From: an uncultured delta proteobacterium
Lineage (GTDB): Bacteria; Desulfobacterota; Binatia; UBA9968
DNA: 64,000 nt
Reading direction: 5' to 3'
NCBI GenBank assembly: GCA_963760795.1
Contig: CAVXEP010000005.1
Span: forward strand, 32,001 to 96,000
Below are positions 41,274 through 51,546 of this stretch, piece by piece. The translations under genes and the position numbers were made by a program. The notes below the pieces were generated by a model that saw only the letters and a list, made by a program, of their open reading frames with translations, was not told where the DNA came from and searched no databases. Every line of letters starts with the position of its first letter. Within the stretch, counting starts at the first letter, position 1.

Positions 41274-42702
41274 ATGCAGCGAATAGTCGTCATCGGCGCT
41301 GGCATCGCTGGTCTAGCCGCCGCTCACCGGCTCACGGAACTTGCCAGCGCTAATGAACGCAGCATCGACATAAAGCTGCTCGAAGCCTCAGGACGGCTCG
41401 GCGGCGCCATCGCTACCGAGCGCGTCGGCGAATTTCTCGTCGAAGCAGGCCCCGACTCGTTCATCACCGAGAAGCCTTGGGCGCTCAAGTTATGCGAGCG
41501 GGTCGGTCTAACCCATCGGCTGGTTTCAACGCAGTCGGCCTATCAAAAAATATTTATCGTGCACAACGGCAAACTGGTCGCGCTTCCCGAAGGATTCTTC
41601 TTGCTCGCGCCGACGCGCCTCTGGCCGTTTATCCAAACCCCGCTGTTCTCCTGGCCCGGCAAGCTGCGCATGGCGGGCGAGCTGCTTTTACCGCGCGGCG
41701 AATTGTCCGACGACGAAAGCCTGGGCGCCTTCGTGCGCCGCCGTTTTGGCAACGAAGCCTTGGAACGGGTCGCTCAACCGCTGGTCGGCGGCATCTACGC
41801 CGCCGATCCGGATAGGCTCAGCCTCGGCGCCACCATGCCGCGCTTCAAAGAAATGGAACGAGATCGCCGCAGCGTCATCTACGCCATGTGGTCGGCCCAG
41901 CGCCAGCGCGCCAGGCAAGCTGAAACCGGCAGCGGCGCGCGTTGGAGTCTATTCGTCACCCTCGCCGGCGGCATGCAGGAACTCGTCGACACTCTCGCCG
42001 CAGCGTCTGCCCGACGACAGCGTGCGATTGAACTGCGCGGCTAGACAACTGAAGCTTGGCGCCAACGGAAAGAGCTGGGAGGTTGCCGCCGGTGATAACC
42101 ATGTCATCGACGCCGACGCGGTAGTTCTCGCCACGCCCGCTTTTCGTGCCGGCGAATTGCTGAACCCCATCGACAGTAATGCCGCCGCCGAATTGAAATC
42201 GATTTCCTACGCCTCCACCGCCACCGTCAGCCTCGCCTACCGCCGCGAAGATTTTCCCCAAGCGCCGAACAGCTTTGGCTTCGTCGTGCCCGCCATCGAG
42301 CAGCGCAAGATCATGGCCTGCACATTCAGCAGCCTGAAATATCCCGGCCGCGCGCCCGAGGATAAGATTCTCCTGCGCGCTTTCGTCGGCGGCAGCTTGC
42401 AGCCGGAACTATTTGCCGCAAGCGACGGCGAGATGGAGAGCAGCGTCCGAGACGAACTGGCGAAGCTGCTCGGCGTCACCGCCACACCGATTTTTTCGCG
42501 CATCTGGCGCCACCCCAATTCAATGCCGCAATATCATGTCGGCCACGAAGCCCTGGTGAAACGAATTGAAGCCGCATTGCAACCATTCCCGACCCTCACT
42601 CTCGCCGGCAGCGCCTACCACGGCGTCGGCATCTCCGACTGCGTCCGCACCGGCGAAGAGGCGGCGGAAAAAGTTTTTGCCCGCATTCTTTCGACCTTAT
42701 AG
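41274..42702 (+). CDS. hemY: HemY-type proto/coproporphyrinogen oxidase; apparent frameshift near 42000
   Basis: VIGAGIAGLAAA, EAGPDSF, GIYAAD, GGMQ, MPQYHVGH and YHGVGISDC. Confidence 0.92.
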
Positions 42703-42770
42703 GGTGCGATACGCGCATCGTTGCGCGAATGGTACGCACAACGCAGCCAACAAGCTGACAAGCCCATTCT

Positions 42771-42797
42771 TGTCATTTCGCGCACAGCGAGAAATCT
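42771..42797. repeat. TGTCATT...AGCGAGAAATC repeat, copy 1
   Basis: TGTCATTTCGCGCACAGCGAGAAATCT; related copy at 51343-51368. Confidence 0.55.
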
Positions 42798-42899
42798 TTC
42801 TTCGGCTTTTTTCTTGACGCACGCACGAAAGCCGGACTATGAATCGGCTATCGGAGTGAGCACCGGGTTTTCTCCCATTGAAGAGGAACAGCGAACGCT

Positions 42900-43740
42900 A
42901 TGTTTATCATCGACTCACAAGTTCATATCTGGGCTCCAGAGACACCGGACAAGCCTTACGCCAAAGAAAACGCCTCGCCGCCCCATCGCGCCCATGCCCC
43001 TCGGCCACGACGAACTGTTGCGCGAGATGGACGGCGCCGGTGTCTCGCGTTGCATCCTCGTGCCGCCCACCTGGGAAGCCGACCGCAACGATACCTCGCT
43101 GGAAGCGGCGCGGCTCCACCCCGATCGCTTCCGCGTCATGGGCAAACTCGCGTTGACCAATCCCAACGGCCCGGCGTTGATGGCCACCTGGAAACAGCAA
43201 CCGTTCATGTTGGGTATCCGCATGGTTTTCAACCGCGGCCAGTCGGCGCAGTGGTTGAACGATGGCACCGCCGACTGGTTCTGGGATGCCGCTGAGAAAT
43301 ACGACATTCCGGTGATGACATTGGCACCGGCCGATGTGCCCAAGCTCGGCGAAATCGCCGAACGCCATCCTGGGCTGCGCTTGATCGTCGATCATATGGG
43401 GCTGAATTCGGTACTGCGCGGCAAACCGCTCGATCCGTCGGTCGATGCCGTGATCAAACTCGCGCGCCACAAGAACCTCGCGGTTAAAGTCTCCGCGCTG
43501 CCGTGTTACGTCAACGAGACTTATCCTTTCCCAACCCTGCACCCGCTGGTGCGCCGCGTCGTCGATGCTTTCGGTCCGCAACGCTGCTTCTGGGGCACCG
43601 ATTTGTCCCACCTGCCCTGTCCGTATAAACAAGTGGTGACGTTGTTCACCGAAGAAATGAAGTCGCTATCGTCGGCTGAGTTGGAATGGATCATGGGCCG
43701 CGCCCTGGCCGAATGGTTACGCTGGCCGCTGCCAAAATAA
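42900..43740 (+). CDS. Amidohydrolase family protein (lactonase-like); apparent frameshift near 42985
   Basis: IIDSQVHIW joins EMDGAGV, IVDHMG and FGPQRCFWGTD; GAGG RBS. Confidence 0.87.
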
Positions 43741-43756
43741 ACTGGAGGAATGAGCA

Positions 43757-44468
43757 ATGCAGATCATCAATCGCGATTTAGACATGAACAAAGACGGCGT
43801 GCCCTGGCTATCTCGCCCATCCCGAACGCAAAGAGCCCGGCCCCGGCATCATGATCGTGCATCATCACTATGGCTGCACCGGCAATATGAAAGTCAAAGT
43901 CTGCGACTACGCCAAGCTCGGCTACACGACGATCGTTCCGGACTTATATAAAATGCTCGGCGCCGCCGATGGCGTGCATGAAGCACAAAAGACCACCACC
44001 GACGGTCAGTTCACCGAGATCCTCACCCGCTCTTGGAATTATCTCACCAGCAGACCGGAGGTGGACGCCAAGCGCTGCGCCGTGGTCGGTTACTGCATGG
44101 GCGGCCGCATCGGCATTCACTTCGTTGCCGCGACGCCGAGCGCGCGCGCCTTCGTCGGTTATTATCCGTCGGTGCGCGATGAAGAGCCGAGCAAACTCCG
44201 GCCGCGTCATCCCAACGACGCGGTCAAAGATTTCAAATGCCCTTCGCAAATCTTCCTCGGCGGCAAAGACCATGTCGCCAGCATTCCGGTGCAGCAAAAA
44301 CTGATGGCGAGCTTCCAAACCAACGGCCAGCCATTGGACTGGCACTTCTTCCACCGCGCCGGTCACGGCTTTGCCATGGCCGACGGCGACTGCTACGATC
44401 CGGCATTAGCCGATCAGGCATGGAGTCTGATGGCGAATTTCCTCGGAAGAGAATTGGCAAACAGCTAG
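43757..44468 (+). CDS. Dienelactone hydrolase family protein; apparent frameshift near 43803
   Basis: GYLAHP, GYTTIVPDLY, nucleophile motif GYCMGG, and AGHGF. Confidence 0.88.
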
Positions 44469-44481
44469 CGAAGCGCGTAGA

Positions 44482-44952
44482 TTAGGAAATCGCATATACG
44501 AAGTTCGCCGCTTCACTGCGTTCGTGCCAGCCGGCTTTAAGATAAAACTGCCGCTGGTAGGATTCGCGGTTGCGCAGGTTAATCAGGGATAGCCGTTGAC
44601 AGCCGCGTGCCCGCGCGTCGACCTCGATGATTCTGAGCAGTTGGCGGCCCACCCCTTGTCCGCGCGCGTCATCGCGAACGAATAATTCAGAAACATAACC
44701 CTCTGGCCCCGCCATGAAAAGATAGGGCAGCCAGTGCACCGAACCATAGCCAGCGATCTCGCCATGGGGCGCTTCGGCGACGTAGATAGAGTGACTATCG
44801 TCGGCGAGACATTGCCGAAGCCGGCTTTCAACTTGCGTGACCGAGTCCTTGAACTCCCGGCTGCTGAACGCCTCGAACCATCCTATTCCTTGCAGCAATT
44901 TTGCGATCCCGGGTGCATCGTCGATCACGGCCTTTCTGATCGGTATCTCCAT
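44482..44952 (-). CDS. GNAT family N-acetyltransferase
   Basis: VSELFVRDDARGQGVGRQLL and FYLKAGW; GGAGGAG RBS. Confidence 0.9.
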   Translation of the reverse strand: MEIPIRKAVIDDAPGIAKLLQGIGWFEAFSSREFKDSVTQVESRLRQCLADDSHSIYVAEAPHGEIAGYGSVHWLPYLFMAGPEGYVSELFVRDDARGQGVGRQLLRIIEVDARARGCQRLSLINLRNRESYQRQFYLKAGWHERSEAANFVYAIS

Positions 44953-45050
44953 TGACTCCTCCGTTCTGATGGAGCGTCACAGACGCTCATCGTGAATGTG
45001 CAGCTAGCGCGCCCCTTGATTCGCGGCAAATCGATTTTGCCGGTGAAATC

Positions 45051-46229
45051 TTACACCACCTGACCGGCCGCCCATCCCGACGACCAGGCCCACTGGAAAT
45101 TGAATCCGCCGAGATGACCGGTGACATCGACGACTTCGCCGATGAAATATAGGCCGGCAACGATCTTCGACTCCATCGTAGTCGATGAGAGTTCGTCGGT
45201 GTTGACGCCGCCGAGGGTGACCTCCGCGGTCCGATAGCCTTCGGTTTCGCTCGGCCGAAAGCGCCAACTTTGCAGCCGCTCGCAGATCGCGCGCATGTCG
45301 CGCGCGGAATATTGGCGCAGCGGCCGGCTGCCCAGTTCGATGTCACACAACCGTTGCGCCAAGCGTTTCGGTAGGAATTCGCCGAGCACGGTTTTCAATT
45401 CCGCGTCCGGTCGCGCGGACTGTCGTCCTTTCAGCCAAGCGTCGGCATCGGTCAACGGCAGAAAGTTAATCGTTAGATCATCACCCGGCTGCCAATAGGA
45501 CGAGATTTGCAAAATCGCCGGACCGCTGATGCCGCGATGGGTGAACAACATCGCGTTGGCAAAACTTTGCCGTCGACACTCGACTTGCACAGGCAGGGCA
45601 ACACCGGACAGATCTTTGTATCGCACCAGGTCGTCCGCGCTGAAAACCAATGGCACCAAACCGGCGCGAGTCGTCGCGATGCCGTGGCCGAATCGCTTGG
45701 CGAGTTCGTAGCCAAATCCGCTGGCGCCCATCTTCGGCACGGACAGGCCGCCGCAAGCAACCACCAAAGACAATGCTTCGAATGAGCCCCGATTGCTCTT
45801 GATGACAAACCCCGCGGCGCCGCGCTCCACGCTGTTCACAGTGCAATCGGTCGCAATCCGTACGCCCGCCTGGCTGCATTCGTCGGTCAGCAGCTTGACG
45901 ACCTGGCGCGCCGATTGATCGCAGAACAGTTGGCCCAGCTCCTTTTCGTGATAGCCGATGCCATGGCGCTCCACCAGGGCGATGAAATCCCACTGCGTGT
46001 AGCGCGCCAGCGCGGACTTGCAGAAGTGCGGATTGGCCGAGAGAAAATTGTCCGGCGTGACGTTAAGGTTGGTGAAGTTACAGCGTCCGCCGCCGGAGAT
46101 AAGAATTTTCTTGCCGACGCGATCACAATGTTCGATGACGAGAACGCGCCGGCCGCGCTTGCCCGCCTCGATGGCGCACATCAAACCGGCGGCACCGCCG
46201 CCGATCACAACCACGTCGAATAGATTCAT
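45051..46229 (-). CDS. NAD(P)/FAD-dependent oxidoreductase, HI0933/BaiN family
   Basis: IGGGAAGLM, GKKILISGGGRCNFTN, FTHRGISGP, VTLGGV and GHLGGFNFQWAWSSG. Confidence 0.93.
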   Translation of the reverse strand: MNLFDVVVIGGGAAGLMCAIEAGKRGRRVLVIEHCDRVGKKILISGGGRCNFTNLNVTPDNFLSANPHFCKSALARYTQWDFIALVERHGIGYHEKELGQLFCDQSARQVVKLLTDECSQAGVRIATDCTVNSVERGAAGFVIKSNRGSFEALSLVVACGGLSVPKMGASGFGYELAKRFGHGIATTRAGLVPLVFSADDLVRYKDLSGVALPVQVECRRQSFANAMLFTHRGISGPAILQISSYWQPGDDLTINFLPLTDADAWLKGRQSARPDAELKTVLGEFLPKRLAQRLCDIELGSRPLRQYSARDMRAICERLQSWRFRPSETEGYRTAEVTLGGVNTDELSSTTMESKIVAGLYFIGEVVDVTGHLGGFNFQWAWSSGWAAGQVV

Positions 46230-46303
46230 CTAATGTAGTAGAAAACAGTGGAATCGCGGACCAGCTCCGATAGCCGAATAGATTCGTCGAGACCCGGACC
46301 CCT

Positions 46304-46606
46304 CTACTTGGCGCCCAAAGGATGATCGATGACAAAGCGCCGGCTGCCATCGCTCTGACGCCGCAGAACTTCAATGCTGTTGCCGCGCAACTCTACCGGT
46401 TGGCAATCCGGGCCGGAGCCTCGGAGCAGCCATTTACCGCGCAGCAACGCGGTGTCGCCGGATTCGATCAGGTAGGTCGTTTCCATTGTTAACGTTCCCT
46501 TGAAAGCTAGGTACTGATGCAGTGCGGTGCGCACCGCCTCGATGCCACTTATTGAATGGCCAGGTTGGGGAACAAAGGTTGCGTTGGGTTCATTCCCAAT
46601 CGTCAA
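46304..46606 (-). pseudogene. 5'-truncated SnoaL/DUF4440 (YybH-like) gene remnant
   Basis: EPNATFVPQPG...EVLRRQSDGSRRFVIDHP fits the family, but the N-terminal helices appear absent; no RBS, and it abuts the upstream stop. Confidence 0.55.
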
Positions 46607-47778
46607 ATTATTCCCTTCTCCTTGAACTCGGCGATCTGCTGGTCCGTATAACCCAGCGGCTTCAAGTACTCAGCGTTGTGTTCGCCCAACTCCGGCGGCG
46701 GCAACGGGTGGGGATTCTTGCTGTCGCTATACTGGTTCGGAAACGCCACCGTGCGAATGTTTGGTTTGCCGTTGCGTTCGATTTCGATCTCCAAACCCAT
46801 ATGTTTGATCTGCGGGTCTTGGAAAACTTCCTGCATGTTGTAGACCGGCGTGTGCGGCACGTCCTCGGCTTCGAGCCGTGCCATCCAGTGAGCGCGCGGT
46901 TTTTCTTTGAAGAACTCGCCGAAGGTTTTGGCGAGATCGTCGTAGTTCTTGCGCCGGTTGGGCCGTGTGTTGAAGCGCGGGTCGTCGATCAATTCCGCAT
47001 GGCCGGCGGCTTTGCACAATCCTTCCCAGAATTTCTGCGGCGACGAAAGGTGAATCGCGAACATGGCGCCATCGGAACCGGTGAACGCGTAGGTCTGCGA
47101 CTGAATGGGCCGGGTGTACGGACCGGGAATCTTTCCAGTGGCAAGCGAATCAGTCGCCGCGGCGATCAAGAACGCCAGGACGGAACCCGCCATCGTGGTA
47201 TCGACTTGCTGGCCCTTGCCGGTCTTCGCCCGCGCGGCGATGGCACCGAGCACGCCAATTGTAGCGAACATGCCGCTCAAGCTATCGGCGTAGTTGGGAC
47301 CGATGGGCCGGGGATTCTGCGCGTCCATCAGCAAGCTCAGCATGCCGCCCAACCCTTGGCCAACGGTGTCATACGCCGGCCGCTTCACGTAAGGTCCGGT
47401 CGGCCCGGTGCCGGTGATCGAAAGATAGATCACCCCCGGATTGGTCTTGCTCACGGTGTCGTAATCGATGCCAAGCTTTTTCATGACACCGGGCCGATAG
47501 TTGTCGAGAACTACGTCGGCAGTCTTGGCCAAAACTAGAAAGATTTCTTTACCCTCGGGAGTTTGCAGATTGAGCGTGATGCTGCGCTTGCCGCGATTGT
47601 AGGACCAGAAATTCGGCTCATCGCCGCCCAGGTCCCAGCCGCGAAAGGGATCGCCGCCCTTGGGATTTTCGACTTTAATAACTTCCGCGCCCATGTCGGC
47701 GAGCAACATCGCGCCGTAAGGACCGGAAATGAAATTGCCCAGCTCCAAGACTTTGATGCCATCCAAGCAACCGTTCAT
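46603..47778 (-). CDS. Family III (CaiB/BaiF) CoA-transferase
   Basis: LDGIKVLEL, LADMGAEVIKVE, NRGKRSITLNL, NYRPG, Asp in YADSLSG, and PPELGEH. Confidence 0.93.
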   Translation of the reverse strand: MNGCLDGIKVLELGNFISGPYGAMLLADMGAEVIKVENPKGGDPFRGWDLGGDEPNFWSYNRGKRSITLNLQTPEGKEIFLVLAKTADVVLDNYRPGVMKKLGIDYDTVSKTNPGVIYLSITGTGPTGPYVKRPAYDTVGQGLGGMLSLLMDAQNPRPIGPNYADSLSGMFATIGVLGAIAARAKTGKGQQVDTTMAGSVLAFLIAAATDSLATGKIPGPYTRPIQSQTYAFTGSDGAMFAIHLSSPQKFWEGLCKAAGHAELIDDPRFNTRPNRRKNYDDLAKTFGEFFKEKPRAHWMARLEAEDVPHTPVYNMQEVFQDPQIKHMGLEIEIERNGKPNIRTVAFPNQYSDSKNPHPLPPPELGEHNAEYLKPLGYTDQQIAEFKEKGII

Positions 47779-47820
47779 GCCATTCTTCCTTAAAAATGAA
47801 TTCTCGTCTTCGTTAGTAAA

Positions 47821-48997
47821 CTAGATAATTCCCTTCTCTTTGAACTCAGCGATCTTCGCCTCGTCGTAGCCAAGCGCTTTTAAAAACTCGCCATTGTTCT
47901 CGCCCAGCTCAGGCGGCGGAGAAGGAAACGGCGACGGCGTATCGCTGTGGGTCAATGGAAACTTCACGGTTTTGATCGTCGGCTTGTCTTTGCGCTCGAT
48001 GGCGATCTGCATGCCCATGTGTTTGACCTGCGGATCGTCGAAGACCTCTTTCAGGTTGTACACCGGCGTGTGCGGCACGTCGTTGGCTTCGAGCTGTTCG
48101 ACCCAATGGGCGCGCGGCTGTTCTTTGAAAAACACCGCGAAGGTCTTGTTAAGCTCGTCATAGTTGGCGCGCCGGTCCGGCCGCGACTTGAAGCGCGGGT
48201 CTTCGATCATCTCCGGATGGCCGACCGAATTGCACAGCCCTTCCCAAAATTTTTGCGGCGACGATAGATGAATCGCCAGCATGGCGCCGTCAGCGCAGGC
48301 GAACGCATAGGTCTGCGACTGGCGCGGCCGAGTGTACGGTCCGGGGATACGGCCGTGCGCCAGCGTTTCGGTCGCCGGCGCGTTCAGGAAAGCGAGGATC
48401 GATCCGACCATGGTCGCATCGACCTGCTGGCCTTTACCGGTGCGTCGTGCGCGCCACCAGCGCACCCAAAACACCCAGTGCCGAGAACATGCCGCTCAAA
48501 CCGTCGGCGTAGGCCGGCCCCACCGGCTTGGGATTTTTTGGGTCCATCAACACGCTCATCATACCGCCCATGCCCTGGCCCACGGTGTCGTACGCCGGCC
48601 GTTTCACATAGGGCCCCGATGGGCCGGTGCCGGTGATCGAGCAGCAAACTATTTTCGGATTGATCTTGCTCAGCGACTCGAAGTCGATGCCGAGCTTCTT
48701 GGTCACGCCGGGACGATAGTTGTCCATCACCACGTCAGACTGCTTGACCAGTCCGTAGAAGACTTCCTTGCCTTCGGGAGTCTGTAAATTCAGCGTGACG
48801 CTCTTCTTGCCGCGATTATAGGCCCAGAAGTTGGGCTGATCGCCGCCGAAATCCCAACCGCGAAACGGGTCGCCGCCCTTGGGATTCTCGACTTTAATAA
48901 CTTCCGCGCCCATGTCCGCCAGCAACATCGCGCCGTAGGGTCCGGAAATAAAATTGCCCAACTCCAAAACCTTGATGCCGTCTAAACAACCGCTCAT
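47821..48997 (-). CDS. Family III CoA-transferase, tandem paralog; apparent frameshift near 48447
   Basis: The N-terminus is nearly identical to the neighbouring paralog, and the two halves join at ARxxTGKGQQVD. Confidence 0.9.
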
Positions 48998-49145
48998 GCT
49001 TCTGTCTCCTTAATTAATTTCTTACTATCAGCCAATGCCTCTGTCCTCTTGGTATGTTACCTTTTTACTTTCCCCTTGCCTGTTGCCTATTGCCGTCTTA
49101 ATCCGATAATGAACTTTCATATCGCCCATTTCGCAGGAGAACAAG

Positions 49146-50510
49146 ATGGCAACACCTCCGCCGGTCACCGACCTGCTCGCGCGCTTTGTTAACGACACTG
49201 ACATGTCGACCATGTTCGGGAAAACTTTGGCCGATGCCAAGCTGCATATCCTCGACACCCTCGGCGTCGCCCTTGCTGGTGTATCCACAGAGGTAGCGGA
49301 GCTCGCGCTCGATTATTGCCAAGGACTCGGCGCGTGTAACGAGTCGTCGATCTGGGGCACCCCGGCAAAAGCCTCTGTTAGCACTGCTGCTTTCGCCAAT
49401 GGCCTGCTGGCCCACGCCCTCGATTACGACGACTGGGATGCCTTTATCCATGTCGGTCATCCGTCGAGTATGATCGTCGGCGCAGCGCTGCCGCTGGCGG
49501 AACATATCGGCGCTACCGGCAAAGACCTGCTCAAAGCCTACGTGCTCGGCATCGAAGTGATTTGTAAAATCGCCGCCAATGCGCCCAACGTCCAGGACCG
49601 CGGCTTTCACAGCACGCCGGTCTTCGGCAGCCTCGGCGCCACCGTCGCCTGTGCCAGCTTGTTGAAACTTCCCGTCGACAAAATCAAAGCCGCTCTCGGT
49701 ATCGCCGCCTCCGGCGCCGGCGGTATCCATCGGCAGCAAGGGTCGATGGTGAAACCGTTCCACGCCGGCAATTCCGCGCGCAACGGCGCCGAGGCCGCAC
49801 TACTGGCGAGCAAAGGTTTCACCGCCGACGCCGCCATCTTCGAGGCGCCGCGCGGCTTCTGCGACACCTTCTTCGGCCCGGAGACCTGCGATTATGAGAA
49901 AATGGTGGCCAACATCGGCGCACCTTACTTTCTCGATTCGCCCGGCATCGGCCTCAAATGGCACCCATGCAGCGCGCCGCAGTTCCTCGCCGCCGACGCC
50001 GCGTTACAATTGAAGCGTGAGCACAAAGTCAACATCGCCGATGTCGCCAAGATGGAAGTCAGCATTCCGCCCAAACGCTACGCGCGCCACTACTCAGCCG
50101 AGGTCAAAACCGGCCTGCGCGGCAAGTTCGCCATCAACTACGTCGTCGCCATGTGCTTTCTCGACGGCAAGCTCGAGATCGCCACTTTCACCGACGAGAA
50201 AGTCAATCGGTCCGAAGTGCAAGACGCCTTCAGCAAGGTTCAAGTCATCTGCGATGAGTCGATCCCCGAGCCCGGCCCCTACTGCCCGGTCAGCGTCGAG
50301 ATGAAAAACGGCACCCGTCACAGCTATACGGCAAAAATCGCCAAAGGCGACCCGCGCAATCCGATGACCGAAGAAGAAGTGACCGAGAAATTTCGCGGCA
50401 ACGCACGGCAGGCGATTTCACAGAAACAGACCGAAGCAGTGGTCGACGCAGTAAAACGGCTCGAATCGATGGACAACGTCAAGACGATCGTCAACCTACT
50501 CAAGCCGTAA
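49146..50510 (+). CDS. MmgE/PrpD family protein
   Basis: LDTLGVALAG, NGLLAHALDYDD, RGFH, KPFHAG, KWHPC and KGDPRNPM. Confidence 0.92.
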   Translation: MATPPPVTDLLARFVNDTDMSTMFGKTLADAKLHILDTLGVALAGVSTEVAELALDYCQGLGACNESSIWGTPAKASVSTAAFANGLLAHALDYDDWDAFIHVGHPSSMIVGAALPLAEHIGATGKDLLKAYVLGIEVICKIAANAPNVQDRGFHSTPVFGSLGATVACASLLKLPVDKIKAALGIAASGAGGIHRQQGSMVKPFHAGNSARNGAEAALLASKGFTADAAIFEAPRGFCDTFFGPETCDYEKMVANIGAPYFLDSPGIGLKWHPCSAPQFLAADAALQLKREHKVNIADVAKMEVSIPPKRYARHYSAEVKTGLRGKFAINYVVAMCFLDGKLEIATFTDEKVNRSEVQDAFSKVQVICDESIPEPGPYCPVSVEMKNGTRHSYTAKIAKGDPRNPMTEEEVTEKFRGNARQAISQKQTEAVVDAVKRLESMDNVKTIVNLLKP

Positions 50511-50513
50511 AAA

Positions 50514-50572
50514 GGAGCGTGGACATTCCTGTCCGCGTGTTTCTAAAGAGCGGGTTAGAAAACCCGCGCTCC
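50514..50572. repeat. GGAG-type REP-like doublet, copy 2 of 3
   Basis: GGAGCGTGGACATTCCTGTCCGC...GCGGGTTAGAAAACCCGCGCTCC. Confidence 0.75.
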
Positions 50573-50590
50573 ATTCGGGAGCAAAATAAC

Positions 50591-51263
50591 ATGGGTACAA
50601 TGACCCAAATCACCGCCCGCGACGGCCAGGTACCTCGATGCCTATCTGGCGCGGCCGGCAAATCAGCCGCGCGGCGCCATCGTCATCGCCCAAGAAATGT
50701 ACGGCGTCACGAGCTACCTGCGCGATACCTGCGATTTCTACGCTGCCCAGGGCTATCTGACCATCGCACCGGCACTCTACGACCGGCGCCAGCGCGGCCT
50801 CGTCTTGGAATACACCCAAGAGAATCACGATCTCGCCCAGAAGATCTACAAGAACTGGAATTGGGAGCACGCCCTCGACGATCTCGACGCCGGGAAGAAT
50901 GTTGTCTTAGAAGCCGGGAAAGTCGCCATCGTCGGCTTCTGCTGGGGCGGCACGCTGGCGTGGCTCGCCTCCTGCCGCCGCGACTACGCGGCCGCTGTCG
51001 CCTATTACGGTTCGATGATGCCGGACTTCGCGCTTGAGACCGCGCGCTGTCCCGTCATCGCCCATATCGGCAGCGCAGACACGACGATGCCGCAAGAACG
51101 AATCGAGCTCTTTCACCAAGCGCAGCCGACCGTTCCGATCAGCATGTATCCCGGAGCCCAGCATGGCTTTGACAATCCCAGCCGCGCCGACAGATTCCAC
51201 CCGGAAGCCGGCCAGCTCGCCCGCGAGCGCACCCGCGAATTCTTGGCGCAGCATGTGGGGTGA
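50591..51263 (+). CDS. Dienelactone hydrolase family protein; apparent frameshift near 50631
   Basis: ARDG-LDAYLARP, VIAQEMYGV, GFCWGG and YPGAQHGF. Confidence 0.88.
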
Positions 51264-51342
51264 AAAGAATGGAGTGATGGAGTGATGGAGTGTTGGACTC
51301 GGACACGGTCCGGATGGCTAAGCCAGCGACATCAACCCAACA

Positions 51343-51368
51343 TGTCATTGCGAGCGCAGCGAGAAATC
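51343..51368. repeat. TGTCATT...AGCGAGAAATC repeat, copy 2
   Basis: TGTCATTGCGAGCGCAGCGAGAAATC. Confidence 0.55.
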
Positions 51369-51546
51369 CCTTGATCAACTACCCGCGTGTTACTCCTGAA
51401 GAAAGTGAACGTATCTGAGCATCTCCGAGATACCCATCATTCCATAACTCCATCACTCCAACTCCTCATTCTGCCATCGACAACTATTTCCAACTGCGAT
51501 AGATCGAAATCGCACCAGCAGTCTTGTTCATCCCAGGAGGCTCGTC

